Of a stretch of 64,000 nucleotides of DNA, positions 40,723 to 50,438 are shown piece after piece. The stretch's first letter is position 1. The number at the start of each line of letters is the position of its first letter. The position numbers were made by a program, and so were the translations under genes. The notes beneath the pieces were generated by a model. The model saw nothing but the letters and a program-made list of their open reading frames with translations, made no database searches and was not told the DNA's origin. Where the stretch lies: IMG/VR virus record IMGVR_UViG_3300023174_000040, positions 124,001 to 188,000 of that record; one strand, given 5' to 3'.

Positions 40723-41607
40723 ATGGTTTATTCAAACAAGTTTGTAATGTGTATTATTATTGACGGTAAAATTCAAAAAGAATTAGCAAATGGAACCGTA
40801 ATCATACCCTTTGGAAGTGAATACACAATCAGGTTTAGAAATAAAAACGACCGCAGAGCAGTCGTTAAATTTAAAATAGACGGTGAAAATGCAAGTGCTG
40901 ATGGTTATGTTATAAACGCCAACAGTTTTATAGACATAAAAAGATATGCCCATAAAGATTGTGCATTCAAGTTTGTTTCTTTAGACAGTGAAGAAGCAAT
41001 AGATTTTGGAAAAAACGGAAATAATGATGATAAAGTAAAAGGTTTGATTGAATCTGTTTTTTATTTAGAAAAGCAACTTCCTGTTACTTATACATACAAT
41101 CCTTCAATTTGGAATCACAATAAGTGGCCAAATACCTCAAATACCTATTGGATGTCATCAACTACCCCATGTAGTTGGAATGCTACTTGTGATTCACACA
41201 CATACAATAAACACGCTCCTCGATCCCTACACAGAAATAATAATTCAGATCACTCTGGAATCCAAAATTCATATCCAACCCATGATCAGATTCTTAATAG
41301 CGATATCAAGGACGGGGCTACAGTTGAAGGCAAACCAACGCAGCAAAATTTTTATGAAGTCTCAATTGATTTAGAATCTGATTTTGTTACTTTAAAATTA
41401 TTTTTACAAGGAACAAAGCGTATCAATGGATCTTATCCTGTGCATGTCTCATCAGATAAAGAAAATAATATAAAAATAAAAATAGAAAAAGAAAACGAAG
41501 ATCTTAGGAAACAAATAGAAGAACAAAAAAAGCAAAAAGAATTAGATTTTCTTTTAAAAGAAAATCTAAAACTAAAAGAAGAATTAGAAAAATTAAAAAA
41601 TCAGTAG
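40723..41607 (+). CDS. hypothetical protein with coiled-coil tail
   Basis: AAGGAGG RBS; PFGSEYTIRFRN..IDG; terminator 41630-41670. Confidence 0.7.
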   Translation: MVYSNKFVMCIIIDGKIQKELANGTVIIPFGSEYTIRFRNKNDRRAVVKFKIDGENASADGYVINANSFIDIKRYAHKDCAFKFVSLDSEEAIDFGKNGNNDDKVKGLIESVFYLEKQLPVTYTYNPSIWNHNKWPNTSNTYWMSSTTPCSWNATCDSHTYNKHAPRSLHRNNNSDHSGIQNSYPTHDQILNSDIKDGATVEGKPTQQNFYEVSIDLESDFVTLKLFLQGTKRINGSYPVHVSSDKENNIKIKIEKENEDLRKQIEEQKKQKELDFLLKENLKLKEELEKLKNQ

Positions 41608-42354
41608 AATTGGAAGATGGATTAAAGAACATGAAGGGTCAAGTTTTAAAAGGCTTGACCCTTCACTATTTCTCAAACTGATTTTTTAATAATCCTCAGT
41701 ATATTTCTGGCTAGACTAGCACTTCCTATCATTCTGCCGTCTGTATAATCATCCAGACCATAGCCACCTTTTTTATTCTTCTCAGTTTGTTTGTTTATTG
41801 CACTCTCACAGAGTTTAATTATCTCCAGAATTTTGTCTTTTTCTTTCATAAAAACTAAACTGTGAAGCGTGATAAACTTTAACAAAGAATAACTTTGTGG
41901 GTTATAGGCCCAAAGTCAGAAATATAAAGAATAACTTTGTGGGTTATAGGCCCAAAATCAAAAAAAAGATTTTTTTCATGTTTGTTTAAAGTGCCTTTTT
42001 TTATGGGCATATAGAAAGAAAATAAAAAGAAAATAAAAAGATGAAATGAAGATGGCCTGGCCCCTCCGCTTTATAGCCGCTCTTTATTCCCTCTATTATC
42101 TCCATTTTTAGCTTTTGACGGCTTTTTAATCTTTTTTAATCATCCCACAGCCTGATTTTTAAAAAAGCTTTAAAAGGCCTTATAGGAGCTTATGATCTTA
42201 TAACTATTTGGGTTTAGTTTTTCTACTTCAACTTCCAGCCGTTATTTTTGAAGTTTTGGAAGAAAATGGAGGCAAGGTTCTTGAAATTGACGAAAATACC
42301 TACAAAGTATCCTATATAAATTGGTGGACAGTGCAGACTTGGAGAGCAAATAAC

Positions 42355-43167
42355 ATGAAATCCTTCTACGAAATGCTCAGAATACTAGAAAGCGAACAGG
42401 TGAAAACCCCCGGCGGATATTCACTTACTCCCGAAGAACTGGAGGGATACGAAAATGAACGAAGTTCTATGTATAAGGCTTTATTTCTTAAAGATATAGA
42501 TGCTAAAAGAAAAGCCGAAGAAGAAAGAAGCCCAGAAAGAGTTACGGCCAAAGAAGCGGAAAGAAAAAGACAAGAAGATGAAAAAATACGGCAAAAAAAA
42601 GAATTAAAAGAAAAAGAATTAAAAGAAAAAGAACGGACAACAGAAAATAAATCTCCTAGACAAAAATATGATTATGTAATTAAGGCTTCCGGACTTTTAC
42701 TCAATGAATTGCCAAATAAATACATAGAAGGAGTGATGTTATCATTGGGAATAAAAAAAGAAAATTTAAATTGGATGGTAAAAACTCATTTGGGAAATTT
42801 TTCCTTAGTTCCTTATGACGGACCCATGGAAGAACCAAAAGAAGATAGAGACTACGAGTTCGTTCAAAGGTTATTGAACTTGCTAATTCTTGAATGGAAA
42901 AATTTATACGGTTATGATTACATAACTGGGGAGTGGAATCCTTTAAATATTAAAGAAGATCACAAAATCATTGAGAATGTCTTTAAGAAAATAGGAGTAG
43001 AAAGAACAGGAGAAATAGGAGAATATCTTAATTTTAATGGAATTTATCACGATACAATAAGCGATGCGGAAGTAGGGCAGAAAGTTATTGTCCGAGTGCC
43101 GGGATTTATATTTAGAACTCCAAGAGGACCAATTATTCTCAGCAAATCAATAGTGGAGCCAGCATGA
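42355..43167 (+). CDS. protein with capsid-targeting-like N-terminus and GrpE-like C-terminal segment
   Basis: GGAG RBS before MKSFYEMLRILESE; GVE..GE...F.G..H...G..V.V..PGF. Confidence 0.5.
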   Translation: MKSFYEMLRILESEQVKTPGGYSLTPEELEGYENERSSMYKALFLKDIDAKRKAEEERSPERVTAKEAERKRQEDEKIRQKKELKEKELKEKERTTENKSPRQKYDYVIKASGLLLNELPNKYIEGVMLSLGIKKENLNWMVKTHLGNFSLVPYDGPMEEPKEDRDYEFVQRLLNLLILEWKNLYGYDYITGEWNPLNIKEDHKIIENVFKKIGVERTGEIGEYLNFNGIYHDTISDAEVGQKVIVRVPGFIFRTPRGPIILSKSIVEPA

Positions 43168-43351
43168 AGTTTATAAATAACAAGTTAATGTCTGGGTACG
43201 TAGTGTTGGTGGAACTCTGGGAAAAACCGGAATCGTGGATGTACGAATCGCTGGCCAGTTTTAAGTAGCTCAAAAACCATGATGGTTGATAATTTATTTA
43301 TATTTTCGTTTCAGTTTCATTACTAGTCATTATTGGAATTTCACTTGAGAC

Positions 43352-43741
43352 TCATGCTCCTAACTTAGTATATTTATTATTTTTCAAACGATAGCCTGGA
43401 ACACCACATAAACTAAACATTAATATTTCTTCACCATTCTTTGTTGAAAAGTCATGGTATAAGTTGTTTACTTCTTCAAGAGTAGCTTTAGTTACTATTT
43501 TTTTAAGTTCATCTTCACCAGATTCAATTAAGCCTTTTCTCATGTCTTTTGCTATTATATTGCCGCTCACTGTGCTTAGGAGAAGTTTTTCACCATTTGA
43601 TAAATTGTTCTGTGTGACCACTAATACATTGTTATCAACTGAATGGACTTTAATGTCTTTTGGTCCTCTGCCTAAGAACACAATGTAGAACATTGAAAAA
43701 TCCTTACACATCAGTTCTTCTGCTTCACCTTGAGTTTTCAT
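43352..43741 (-). CDS. DUF2294 / MpsC-family protein
   Basis: MKTQGE.E...LGRGPKDI...G......R..LIE....HD.ST..GEE. Confidence 0.75.
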   Translation of the reverse strand: MKTQGEAEELMCKDFSMFYIVFLGRGPKDIKVHSVDNNVLVVTQNNLSNGEKLLLSTVSGNIIAKDMRKGLIESGEDELKKIVTKATLEEVNNLYHDFSTKNGEEILMFSLCGVPGYRLKNNKYTKLGA

Positions 43742-44028
43742 TCTTTAGTTCCTTTTCTCACTTCCTTGTGAAACCATCTTCCGCAAATACACTCTATACT
43801 GTAGAACCCCCCTGTCAAGGTACCACATTTGAGTTATTTTATTTTTTTTGTATTAAAAATATAATTTACAAATGTGTCATACCTGCAACTTTGCCGGACA
43901 TGATGATGACTATAGTGTTCACACATTTTTGAACCTAAGATTTCTTCAGGTGCTCCTATATAAGGGTGTGACATACTATATAACATTTCTAGATATTATC
44001 GATCTACCAGACGAAAGTGAGGAATGGT

Positions 44029-44319
44029 ATGAAAACATATAAAGAATGGAAAATTAGTGAAGATGTGATGAGCAGATCAGGATTCCTTAGTCATAACAAA
44101 ATACCTCATGGTGAATATCATCCAAAGAACTTTGACAGATACAAGTTCAAGACAGATGAGAAAAAAGTTCAAGACTATCTTTCAAAAATGAAGAATTCAA
44201 TTCTGAATGATGTTTTAATAGGAAGTGAAGCATTGAGCGGATTTTATAATAATGATCAAATTGTGAAACTATTAGACAATTATTTGACAGAACTAGCTAA
44301 TCTTGGAGTCAAGTTTTGA
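44029..44319 (+). CDS. small protein with capsid-targeting-like N-terminus
   Basis: MKTYKEWKISE. Confidence 0.55.
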   Translation: MKTYKEWKISEDVMSRSGFLSHNKIPHGEYHPKNFDRYKFKTDEKKVQDYLSKMKNSILNDVLIGSEALSGFYNNDQIVKLLDNYLTELANLGVKF

Positions 44320-44355
44320 AAGTTTCTCTGTTTCTTTTTGGTACGGTCTCTGCTT

Positions 44356-44646
44356 ATGGAAACTAGTAAAAACAGTATGCTTGCCAGTTTCGACCAGAAA
44401 CTCGCTGAATACAAGACTCTCCTAGAGAGTCACGACTGGTATTACAGTTGGAGCGACGATAATAGGGTCTGGAGTAGTGGTGAACAGAACCTCAAGCGTC
44501 TGAAAGAAATTGCAGAGTTTGGTGGTTTGGCTTACCAGATCCTGTTTAACGAGGAATACCAGAAGCATTTTAATGAGGGGTGTTTTAAGACTAGTTTTTC
44601 ACACACTGGTAATCCCTCTTGTGGATCTCCTCCTTTTAAAGTCTAG
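44356..44646 (+). CDS. hypothetical phage protein, candidate leaderless
   Basis: ATG 9 nt after motif; HDWYY.WSDD; MLASF. Confidence 0.65.
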   Translation: METSKNSMLASFDQKLAEYKTLLESHDWYYSWSDDNRVWSSGEQNLKRLKEIAEFGGLAYQILFNEEYQKHFNEGCFKTSFSHTGNPSCGSPPFKV

Positions 44647-44673
44647 AGTTTCCCTCTGGTACGGTTTTTGACT

Positions 44674-44889
44674 ATGCAAAACATTAGTATCTCCTGCCGA
44701 CTCTGCGGTGCAAAAAAAGATATTAGTGTTGATCCCTCCACATATGTGAAGTGGAGTACGGGACAAGGTTTGGTTCAAGACTTGTTTTCCAATCTTAGTG
44801 CAGATGATCGGGAATTGATGATTAGTCAGACTTGTGGAACCTGTTTCGACAACTTGTTTCCACCAGAGAATGATTATGATGAAGATTAA
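44674..44889 (+). CDS. small Zn-binding phage protein, candidate leaderless
   Basis: CxxC...LSADDRELMIS.TC..C; ATG 9 nt after motif. Confidence 0.65.
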   Translation: MQNISISCRLCGAKKDISVDPSTYVKWSTGQGLVQDLFSNLSADDRELMISQTCGTCFDNLFPPENDYDED

Positions 44890-45361
44890 TCCTCATCCTG
44901 ACTGGATTGAAACTGGCCTAAAAACCCGTCCAGATTGTTATCATTATATACGCAAAGTGAGTCTAGTCACCTCTACTGAAGGCAAGGGTTATTGGAGCAG
45001 AGTGGCTAAAGATGTGAAGATAATCAAACTAGATTTGAATACCTACGAAGGACACGATGATCGGTTTGAATTAAGGGCGTATTTTTCCAAGAAAACTTGG
45101 AATGTTGAAAAGCATGGCTTAATTTATACTGACAAACTTTGGCTCACTACCTTTAAGAAAAGTCTAGTTGATTCTGGTTTCAGTAAAAAGGGACTCAATG
45201 CAGTAGACTATAGTGAACAGGGTATGCAGGGCGATGATTATGTGAGTATGGATGTATCGTCGCCCGGTGTTCACGATCAAGTTGATAGTTTCATTAAAGA
45301 TTACGAAAAAGTTCTTTATAGTGTCAAAGACAGGTTTTTAGGTAGTTTAAGAAAGAAGTAA
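44876..45361 (+). CDS. hypothetical phage protein
   Basis: GLIYTD..YSEQGMQG.DYVS. Confidence 0.65.
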   Translation: MMKINPHPDWIETGLKTRPDCYHYIRKVSLVTSTEGKGYWSRVAKDVKIIKLDLNTYEGHDDRFELRAYFSKKTWNVEKHGLIYTDKLWLTTFKKSLVDSGFSKKGLNAVDYSEQGMQGDDYVSMDVSSPGVHDQVDSFIKDYEKVLYSVKDRFLGSLRKK

Positions 45362-45445
45362 GTTTCCTTTTGGTACGGTTGGTGGTTGTTCCCGATTCAA
45401 CGTGAGTCTGGAAGAAAGGGTTGTTTAAAGAGGGAGTTTAATACT

Positions 45446-45700
45446 ATGGGTCGTGCTAAGGGTCAGGCTGGTGTGTCGCTGGAGCGTTTCCTTACCTGTG
45501 TCATCGAGACGCAGCGGGCTGGTGGTAGCGTTGAGGATGTTGCGAACGAACTGGGCATTGTGGCCGGTTCGGTTTCGGTGCGTCTTTCGCAGTTGCGGAA
45601 GAAGCATGGTCTGAACATCCCTCGCTTTGAGGGTGGTGGTCGGACTAGCAACACCGCTGAACGGGCAGCGATGATCCTCGCCTCGCTTGGGGTTGAGTGA
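45446..45700 (+). CDS. HTH protein, paralog 2 of 6
   Basis: GGSVEDVANELGIVAGSVSVRLSQLRKK; GGAG RBS; GC hairpin after. Confidence 0.8.
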   Translation: MGRAKGQAGVSLERFLTCVIETQRAGGSVEDVANELGIVAGSVSVRLSQLRKKHGLNIPRFEGGGRTSNTAERAAMILASLGVE

Positions 45701-45858
45701 TAGTTAAATCTTCTCCCCTCCCCCTTTAATGTGGGGGAGGGGAGGGGTTGACGAAAAGTTTGTTTCTGGTACGGTAGTGTTTTGTTGCGGCTTTAGTTAA
45801 AAAGCAATAGTATGTTGCTATGGTTGAAACTTTGTGGAAAAACTTTAAGGAATAACTA

Positions 45859-46305
45859 ATGACTGCTACTTTTACAAAAGACGTTACATTCGATGTTGAA
45901 ATCGAATATAATATCAAGGCAACTAGCGATGTTGTAATTAAGGATACAGGTGATGTTGTAAAATTCGATAAAAATAATGTTCAGAAACGTAAGATTACAC
46001 TTAGCGGCGAAACACTGGATGATATGCAACAGGACTTTTCTTACGCTGTTGGTTATAATCTCTCTATAGAACAAATGCTAGAAGTTATTTTTAGCGATGT
46101 TGATATGATGAATGATGTTCTTATGTTTGGAGGAAGCACAGATAGCGGAGCAAAAGATAATTTTAGCAATGCTTTTGGCAAGTTTGTTCTCAAGGATGAT
46201 CGCCATTGGCCCAAGGGTGGTGATCCTAATGAATATACGAAGAAGTATTTTGATGACTTGAATGAAACAGCAGTTGAATTGGGTTACGTTAAAATTCCAA
46301 GTTGA
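45859..46305 (+). CDS. hypothetical protein
   Basis: flanked by duplicated hairpin plus motif module. Confidence 0.6.
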   Translation: MTATFTKDVTFDVEIEYNIKATSDVVIKDTGDVVKFDKNNVQKRKITLSGETLDDMQQDFSYAVGYNLSIEQMLEVIFSDVDMMNDVLMFGGSTDSGAKDNFSNAFGKFVLKDDRHWPKGGDPNEYTKKYFDDLNETAVELGYVKIPS

Positions 46306-46406
46306 CTTCTTAGCGGTTGAGTGAAGAATTAAATCTTCCCCTCCCCTTTATATGGGGGAGGGGAGGGTGACGAAAAGTCTGTTTCTGGTACGGTAGTGTT
46401 TAGCCT

Positions 46407-46479
46407 GCGGCTTTAGCTCAATTGGCAGAGCAAGGGGCTTTTAACCTCTAGGTTCCGGGTTCGATTCCCGGAGGCCGCA
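46407..46479 (+). tRNA. tRNA-Lys(TTT)
   Basis: acceptor GCGGCTT/AGGCCGC; AGGGG-CT-TTT-AA-CCTCT; TTCGATT T-loop; no encoded CCA. Confidence 0.95.
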
Positions 46480-46502
46480 CTCTTTCTGTACGGTGAGTGA
46501 GC

Positions 46503-46856
46503 ATGGAAACAATCCAAAAAGAAAAACTCCTCACCAGTTTTGTTGAAGTTAAGAAAATTTATCTTCATGCTCGTCGATGGTTTCAACGCTCTTATGGTAA
46601 TACCTACCATACCGTTGAAATTTGGGTAAATGACCGATTGGTTCATAAGATTCCTTTCACGATTCTAGATCGTAAATCTGCTGGGTATGACCATCAATGG
46701 TCATGCGATGCCTGTAAGTGGCTGGTTGATAATGGTTATGGACGTTTTAATGGAGTCTATCCAATCAGCAGTTTATTTCTTTTTATATATTGCCGAGAAA
46801 TTGGAATAGAGTATAATCATACTGTTGAAGATGTTAAAAGAAAGAGGGATCTTTAA
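46503..46856 (+). CDS. hypothetical protein, candidate leaderless
   Basis: ATG 9 nt after TGTACGG; KLLTSF. Confidence 0.65.
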   Translation: METIQKEKLLTSFVEVKKIYLHARRWFQRSYGNTYHTVEIWVNDRLVHKIPFTILDRKSAGYDHQWSCDACKWLVDNGYGRFNGVYPISSLFLFIYCREIGIEYNHTVEDVKRKRDL

Positions 46857-47095
46857 TGAGTGATCAACATTCTAATTGGTGGCACAAATTTATTAGTGGT
46901 ATGCCTCCACTTAACAAGATTAGCAAGGACTTTGAAACTTCGTCTCAAACATTTAGTGAAAAAGTCGCAGATTTACGATCTAGAATCAAAAAGTTCAAAG
47001 AACAAGTTGAATCAGAGACTAAGGCTTTTTATAAGAAGAAGAAAAAAATTCTTCGTCGTGACCCTGCCCGCCCCTGGTGAAAAGGAAATTTAATT

Positions 47096-47449
47096 ATGAC
47101 TACCTTGACTAAAATTATAATGCCAAACGTGGAAGTTCTTCGTAAGACTGGTTATAAGGTTCGTGTTTATCACGGGCGAACTTATCTCCGTTGTGAAACT
47201 AATGAAAGGCTTAATACTCCAGAGATCGTTTGTGAGTATATGAGCAAGCGTGAATATGAACACTTCAATAATGAAGTTCGCCGGGTGAACTGGGAACTCA
47301 GTTGCAAGGGCGGCTTTACTATTGTGGAGATTACTACTCCTGATGGTCGTGATCTGAGGGGTAAGTTTAATGTTCCAGCAGGCGGAATGTTTAATCGTAA
47401 ACTGGGCGTGAAGATTGCTACTAATCGGGCTCTTAAGAGTGGGGCATAA
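47096..47449 (+). CDS. hypothetical protein
   Basis: AAGGA RBS. Confidence 0.6.
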   Translation: MTTLTKIIMPNVEVLRKTGYKVRVYHGRTYLRCETNERLNTPEIVCEYMSKREYEHFNNEVRRVNWELSCKGGFTIVEITTPDGRDLRGKFNVPAGGMFNRKLGVKIATNRALKSGA

Positions 47450-47810
47450 AATGAAGATTTTTGTAGTATTTGATTTTCCGGAAATTAAAGATGCTAATAG
47501 CGAGGAAGCCACTTTTGAGATTGATAGTCTGAGTGAGGATGTCAATGGTCTTGGTTATAATTGGTATATTGATGAAGTTATAGGAGAAGAGGATAAAGGT
47601 TGACCAATATCCTCTATTAGATTATAATAGAGGTATTATGGAAAAATATAATTGGATTGTTTGGAAGAACAACCGAATAGCAGGGTATGTATCTGCTTAT
47701 AGCGAATGGGACGCAATTAGATTTGCCAGAATGAAGTTTGGTTGTGAAACCTGGGTAGAAAGAACGGTAGAATCTGGTACGGTGTGAGGGCGTCACACGG
47801 AGAACTCTAG

Positions 47811-48041
47811 ATGCTAGACGATATTGACTTTAGTGATTTCATTCTTGGTGGTGAAACTGAAACCGCTCAGAAGAAGAATAAGAGAATCCCCCTTGAAGTT
47901 TTCCTCAAGAGTATTGTAGAAGCCGTCAAGAATGGCGGAAACAGTATTAGTGTTGCAAATGAATTGGGGATCTCTCCTCAAGCAGTAAGGCAGCGTTGTC
48001 ATAAACTCCGGGCTAAGGGAGCCCCTGTGCCACAATGGTGA
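47811..48041 (+). CDS. HTH protein, paralog 3 of 6
   Basis: GGNSISVANELGISPQAVRQRCHKLRAKG. Confidence 0.75.
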   Translation: MLDDIDFSDFILGGETETAQKKNKRIPLEVFLKSIVEAVKNGGNSISVANELGISPQAVRQRCHKLRAKGAPVPQW

Positions 48042-48326
48042 ATCTTATGGATAAGGAACAGGCCACACTATTTTGTAAGATCGCAGGTAAACTTTCTTAT
48101 TCAAAGAGTTTAACTCAAGATAATGTTCTCAAGAATAGTTTAGATGATATTCTCGAGATGATTAGTTTGTATTGTGATACCGCCCCTGATAATCTACTTC
48201 GTAATAATATCGACGTTGTTATGGAGCATAAGAATTGGCAGATACAAAAGGGTTTGGTACAATAAAAACCCCCAAGAGGTTTAAGTCTTGGGGGTTTACA
48301 CCAAAAGTTTTCAGATTTGGTACGGT

Positions 48327-48413
48327 GGAATCTTGGCCGAGCGGATTATGGCAGCGGTTTACTAAACCGCCGAAGGTTAAAATCTTCCGGGGGTTCGAAT
48401 CCCTCAGATTCCG
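48327..48413 (+). tRNA. tRNA-Ser(ACT), class II
   Basis: acceptor GGAATCT/AGATTCC; G73; GCGGT-TT-ACT-AA-ACCGC; long variable arm; TTCGAAT. Confidence 0.9.
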
Positions 48414-48466
48414 TTTTATGGAATAATAATATGGATTGGAACGGTTTTCGGTACGGAATAAAAAAG

Positions 48467-48854
48467 ATGCGTAAGATTGAACAAGAGATGATTGATAGCA
48501 TCTTGAACAAGAAGAATCATTCTTGTGGCAACACTAGGGTTGAAGTTGCCGATGATGTGATTCTTGTCTTTTTGTTTAATAACCTGATTGCTAAAATTAC
48601 CAACAAGACTGTAGGGATTAATAATCAGGGATACACTACATATGTTACCAAGAGCCGGCTTAATTGTATCCTTCGTAAATTTTGTGAAGGTAGAAATATT
48701 TACCAGAAAGATTTCAACTGAAGGTAGAAATATTTACCAGAAAGATTTCAACTGGTATATTAGTGGCGAGCCCATATTAAACAATAGTTCAGAATACCCC
48801 AGTAATGTTTGGAATTACTTTCCAAATGTGGTACTATTGAAAAGTTTTGAATGA
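48467..48854 (+). pseudogene. phage gene frameshifted by 34-bp tandem duplication
   Basis: TGAAGGTAGAAATATTTACCAGAAAGATTTCAAC x2 (48685-48752); removing one copy joins MRKIEQ... to ...LLKSFE. Confidence 0.7.
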
Positions 48855-49247
48855 AACAATACGTCATAATTGATACAAAGAAAAAATTTGTTGATGGTGA
48901 ATATCCGTCAGGTGGTTTTGAAATATATTTATTGAGTGATGGTAAAGAGTTATATATCGACTCTAGTCCCGATTGGGATAGTGTATCAAATTTTGTGAAG
49001 ATGGCCAGTAAAAATTCTACCATTCAGGTTGAATACAGGTCTCTGCTAAATAATAGTAATGTTTTACGTTCACATTTACTATGAACAAGGGCAAATCAAA
49101 TACGGCCCATATGAGAATCCAGAAACATTACATAATTTTTTGGATAATCTTCCTTATGATGAAAATTTAATTGTCATGGAAACAGTTAAGGAAGAAACGG
49201 CCCGATAGTTTTTGGTACGGTAGAGTAGTAACGAAAGGATAGAAAAA

Positions 49248-49604
49248 ATGGAACATTATCGTTATTATTGCACTGTTAAACTCAACAACATTGAGGACAG
49301 GCTCAATATTTATAACTGCGATCCCGGTGATGCCACTATGTGGTACGGCGGAATCTGTGAAGTTATGGAAATCTTTGGAGGTACGGTTAGTAACCTTATG
49401 GGTGAACCTGTAACTCAGGATCAAATCCTAGAGGAATTTAGGAAGGAAGAAAGTGACGCTAAACTTAGTTTCTGCCTAGCGACTGGCATGACCCGCCGTG
49501 ATGCTAGTTCTGTGACGGTTAGTTTCAAACCTTCTGTGAATGTTTCTTCTGAGAACCCTGTAGACGAAAATAACAACAATAGTCCACTAAGGTTCCCAGA
49601 ATAA
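49248..49604 (+). CDS. hypothetical protein
   Basis: after motif 49214. Confidence 0.6.
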   Translation: MEHYRYYCTVKLNNIEDRLNIYNCDPGDATMWYGGICEVMEIFGGTVSNLMGEPVTQDQILEEFRKEESDAKLSFCLATGMTRRDASSVTVSFKPSVNVSSENPVDENNNNSPLRFPE

Positions 49605-50010
49605 TGAATGAACATATCAAGACTTTTTTAAGTGAAGGTTTCGACTTTATAATCGGTAATCATGTAAGCGGATTTAGAGTTGCAGTTAGAGATAGTGAAT
49701 ATGGTGAAGTAACTTTTAGTACAGGCAATGATGTTGAAACTTTAATGCTTGATTGCATTAAACAGTTTGACAATAGTGTGAAAGTTAAAGCGGCTGAGAA
49801 GGTTAAGAGACTGGCGAGAAGGAAGAAGGAAATACAGAAGGAACTTGAAGAAGTTTCAACTGAACTGGCAAATATAACTCTGAACTCATTCCAGAAATAA
49901 AAAGAAATAAACAGAGAAACTTGTCTTTTGGTACGGTTGATGGACGTTGCGACGGTGAGCCACTTCGGCAAACGGCAACAAAGGGTTGAATAACGCAGGA
50001 GATTACTACT

Positions 50011-50265
50011 ATGGGTCGTCAAGTTGGACAGAAGGGTGTCGCTCTGGAGAAGTTCCTGACCACGGTGGTCGAGACGCAGCGGGCCGGCGGTTCGGTGCAG
50101 GACGTTGCCGATGCTCTGGGCATCACGGCCGGTTCGGTGTCGGTGCGTCTCTCGCAGTTGCGGAAGAAGCACGGTGTGAACGTCCCCCGGTTCGAGGGGT
50201 CGGGCCGCACCAGCAACACCGCAGAGCGGGCGGCTGAGATTCTCGCCAGCCTTGGGGTTGGTTGA
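50011..50265 (+). CDS. HTH protein, paralog 4 of 6
   Basis: GGSVQDVADALGITAGSVSVRLSQLRKK; terminator 50298-50340. Confidence 0.8.
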   Translation: MGRQVGQKGVALEKFLTTVVETQRAGGSVQDVADALGITAGSVSVRLSQLRKKHGVNVPRFEGSGRTSNTAERAAEILASLGVG

Positions 50266-50363
50266 AGTTAAAGGCTGATATAATAATCGGCCATAAGAAC
50301 CCCCTCCCGTAAAACGGAGGGGGTTTATTTTTTATTTGTTATAGACTATATTGTTTTTGGTAC

Positions 50364-50438
50364 GGCCCTATCGTATAGCCCGGTCTAGTACATCCCCCTT
50401 TCACGGGGAAAACATCGGTTCAAATCCGATTAGGGTCA
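50364..50438 (+). tRNA. tRNA-Glu(TTC)
   Basis: acceptor GGCCCTA/TAGGGTC; TCCCC-CT-TTC-AC-GGGGA; TTCAAAT. Confidence 0.92.

Noticed and set aside
45787-45800. Second tRNA-Lys
   Set aside because: Only the first ~11 nt match; no anticodon or T arm follows.
49342-49386. Intragenic GGTACGG copies (also 53416, 58317) as promoters
   Set aside because: They lie inside coding regions, mostly without the usual upstream context, and may be chance or relic copies; not counted as support.
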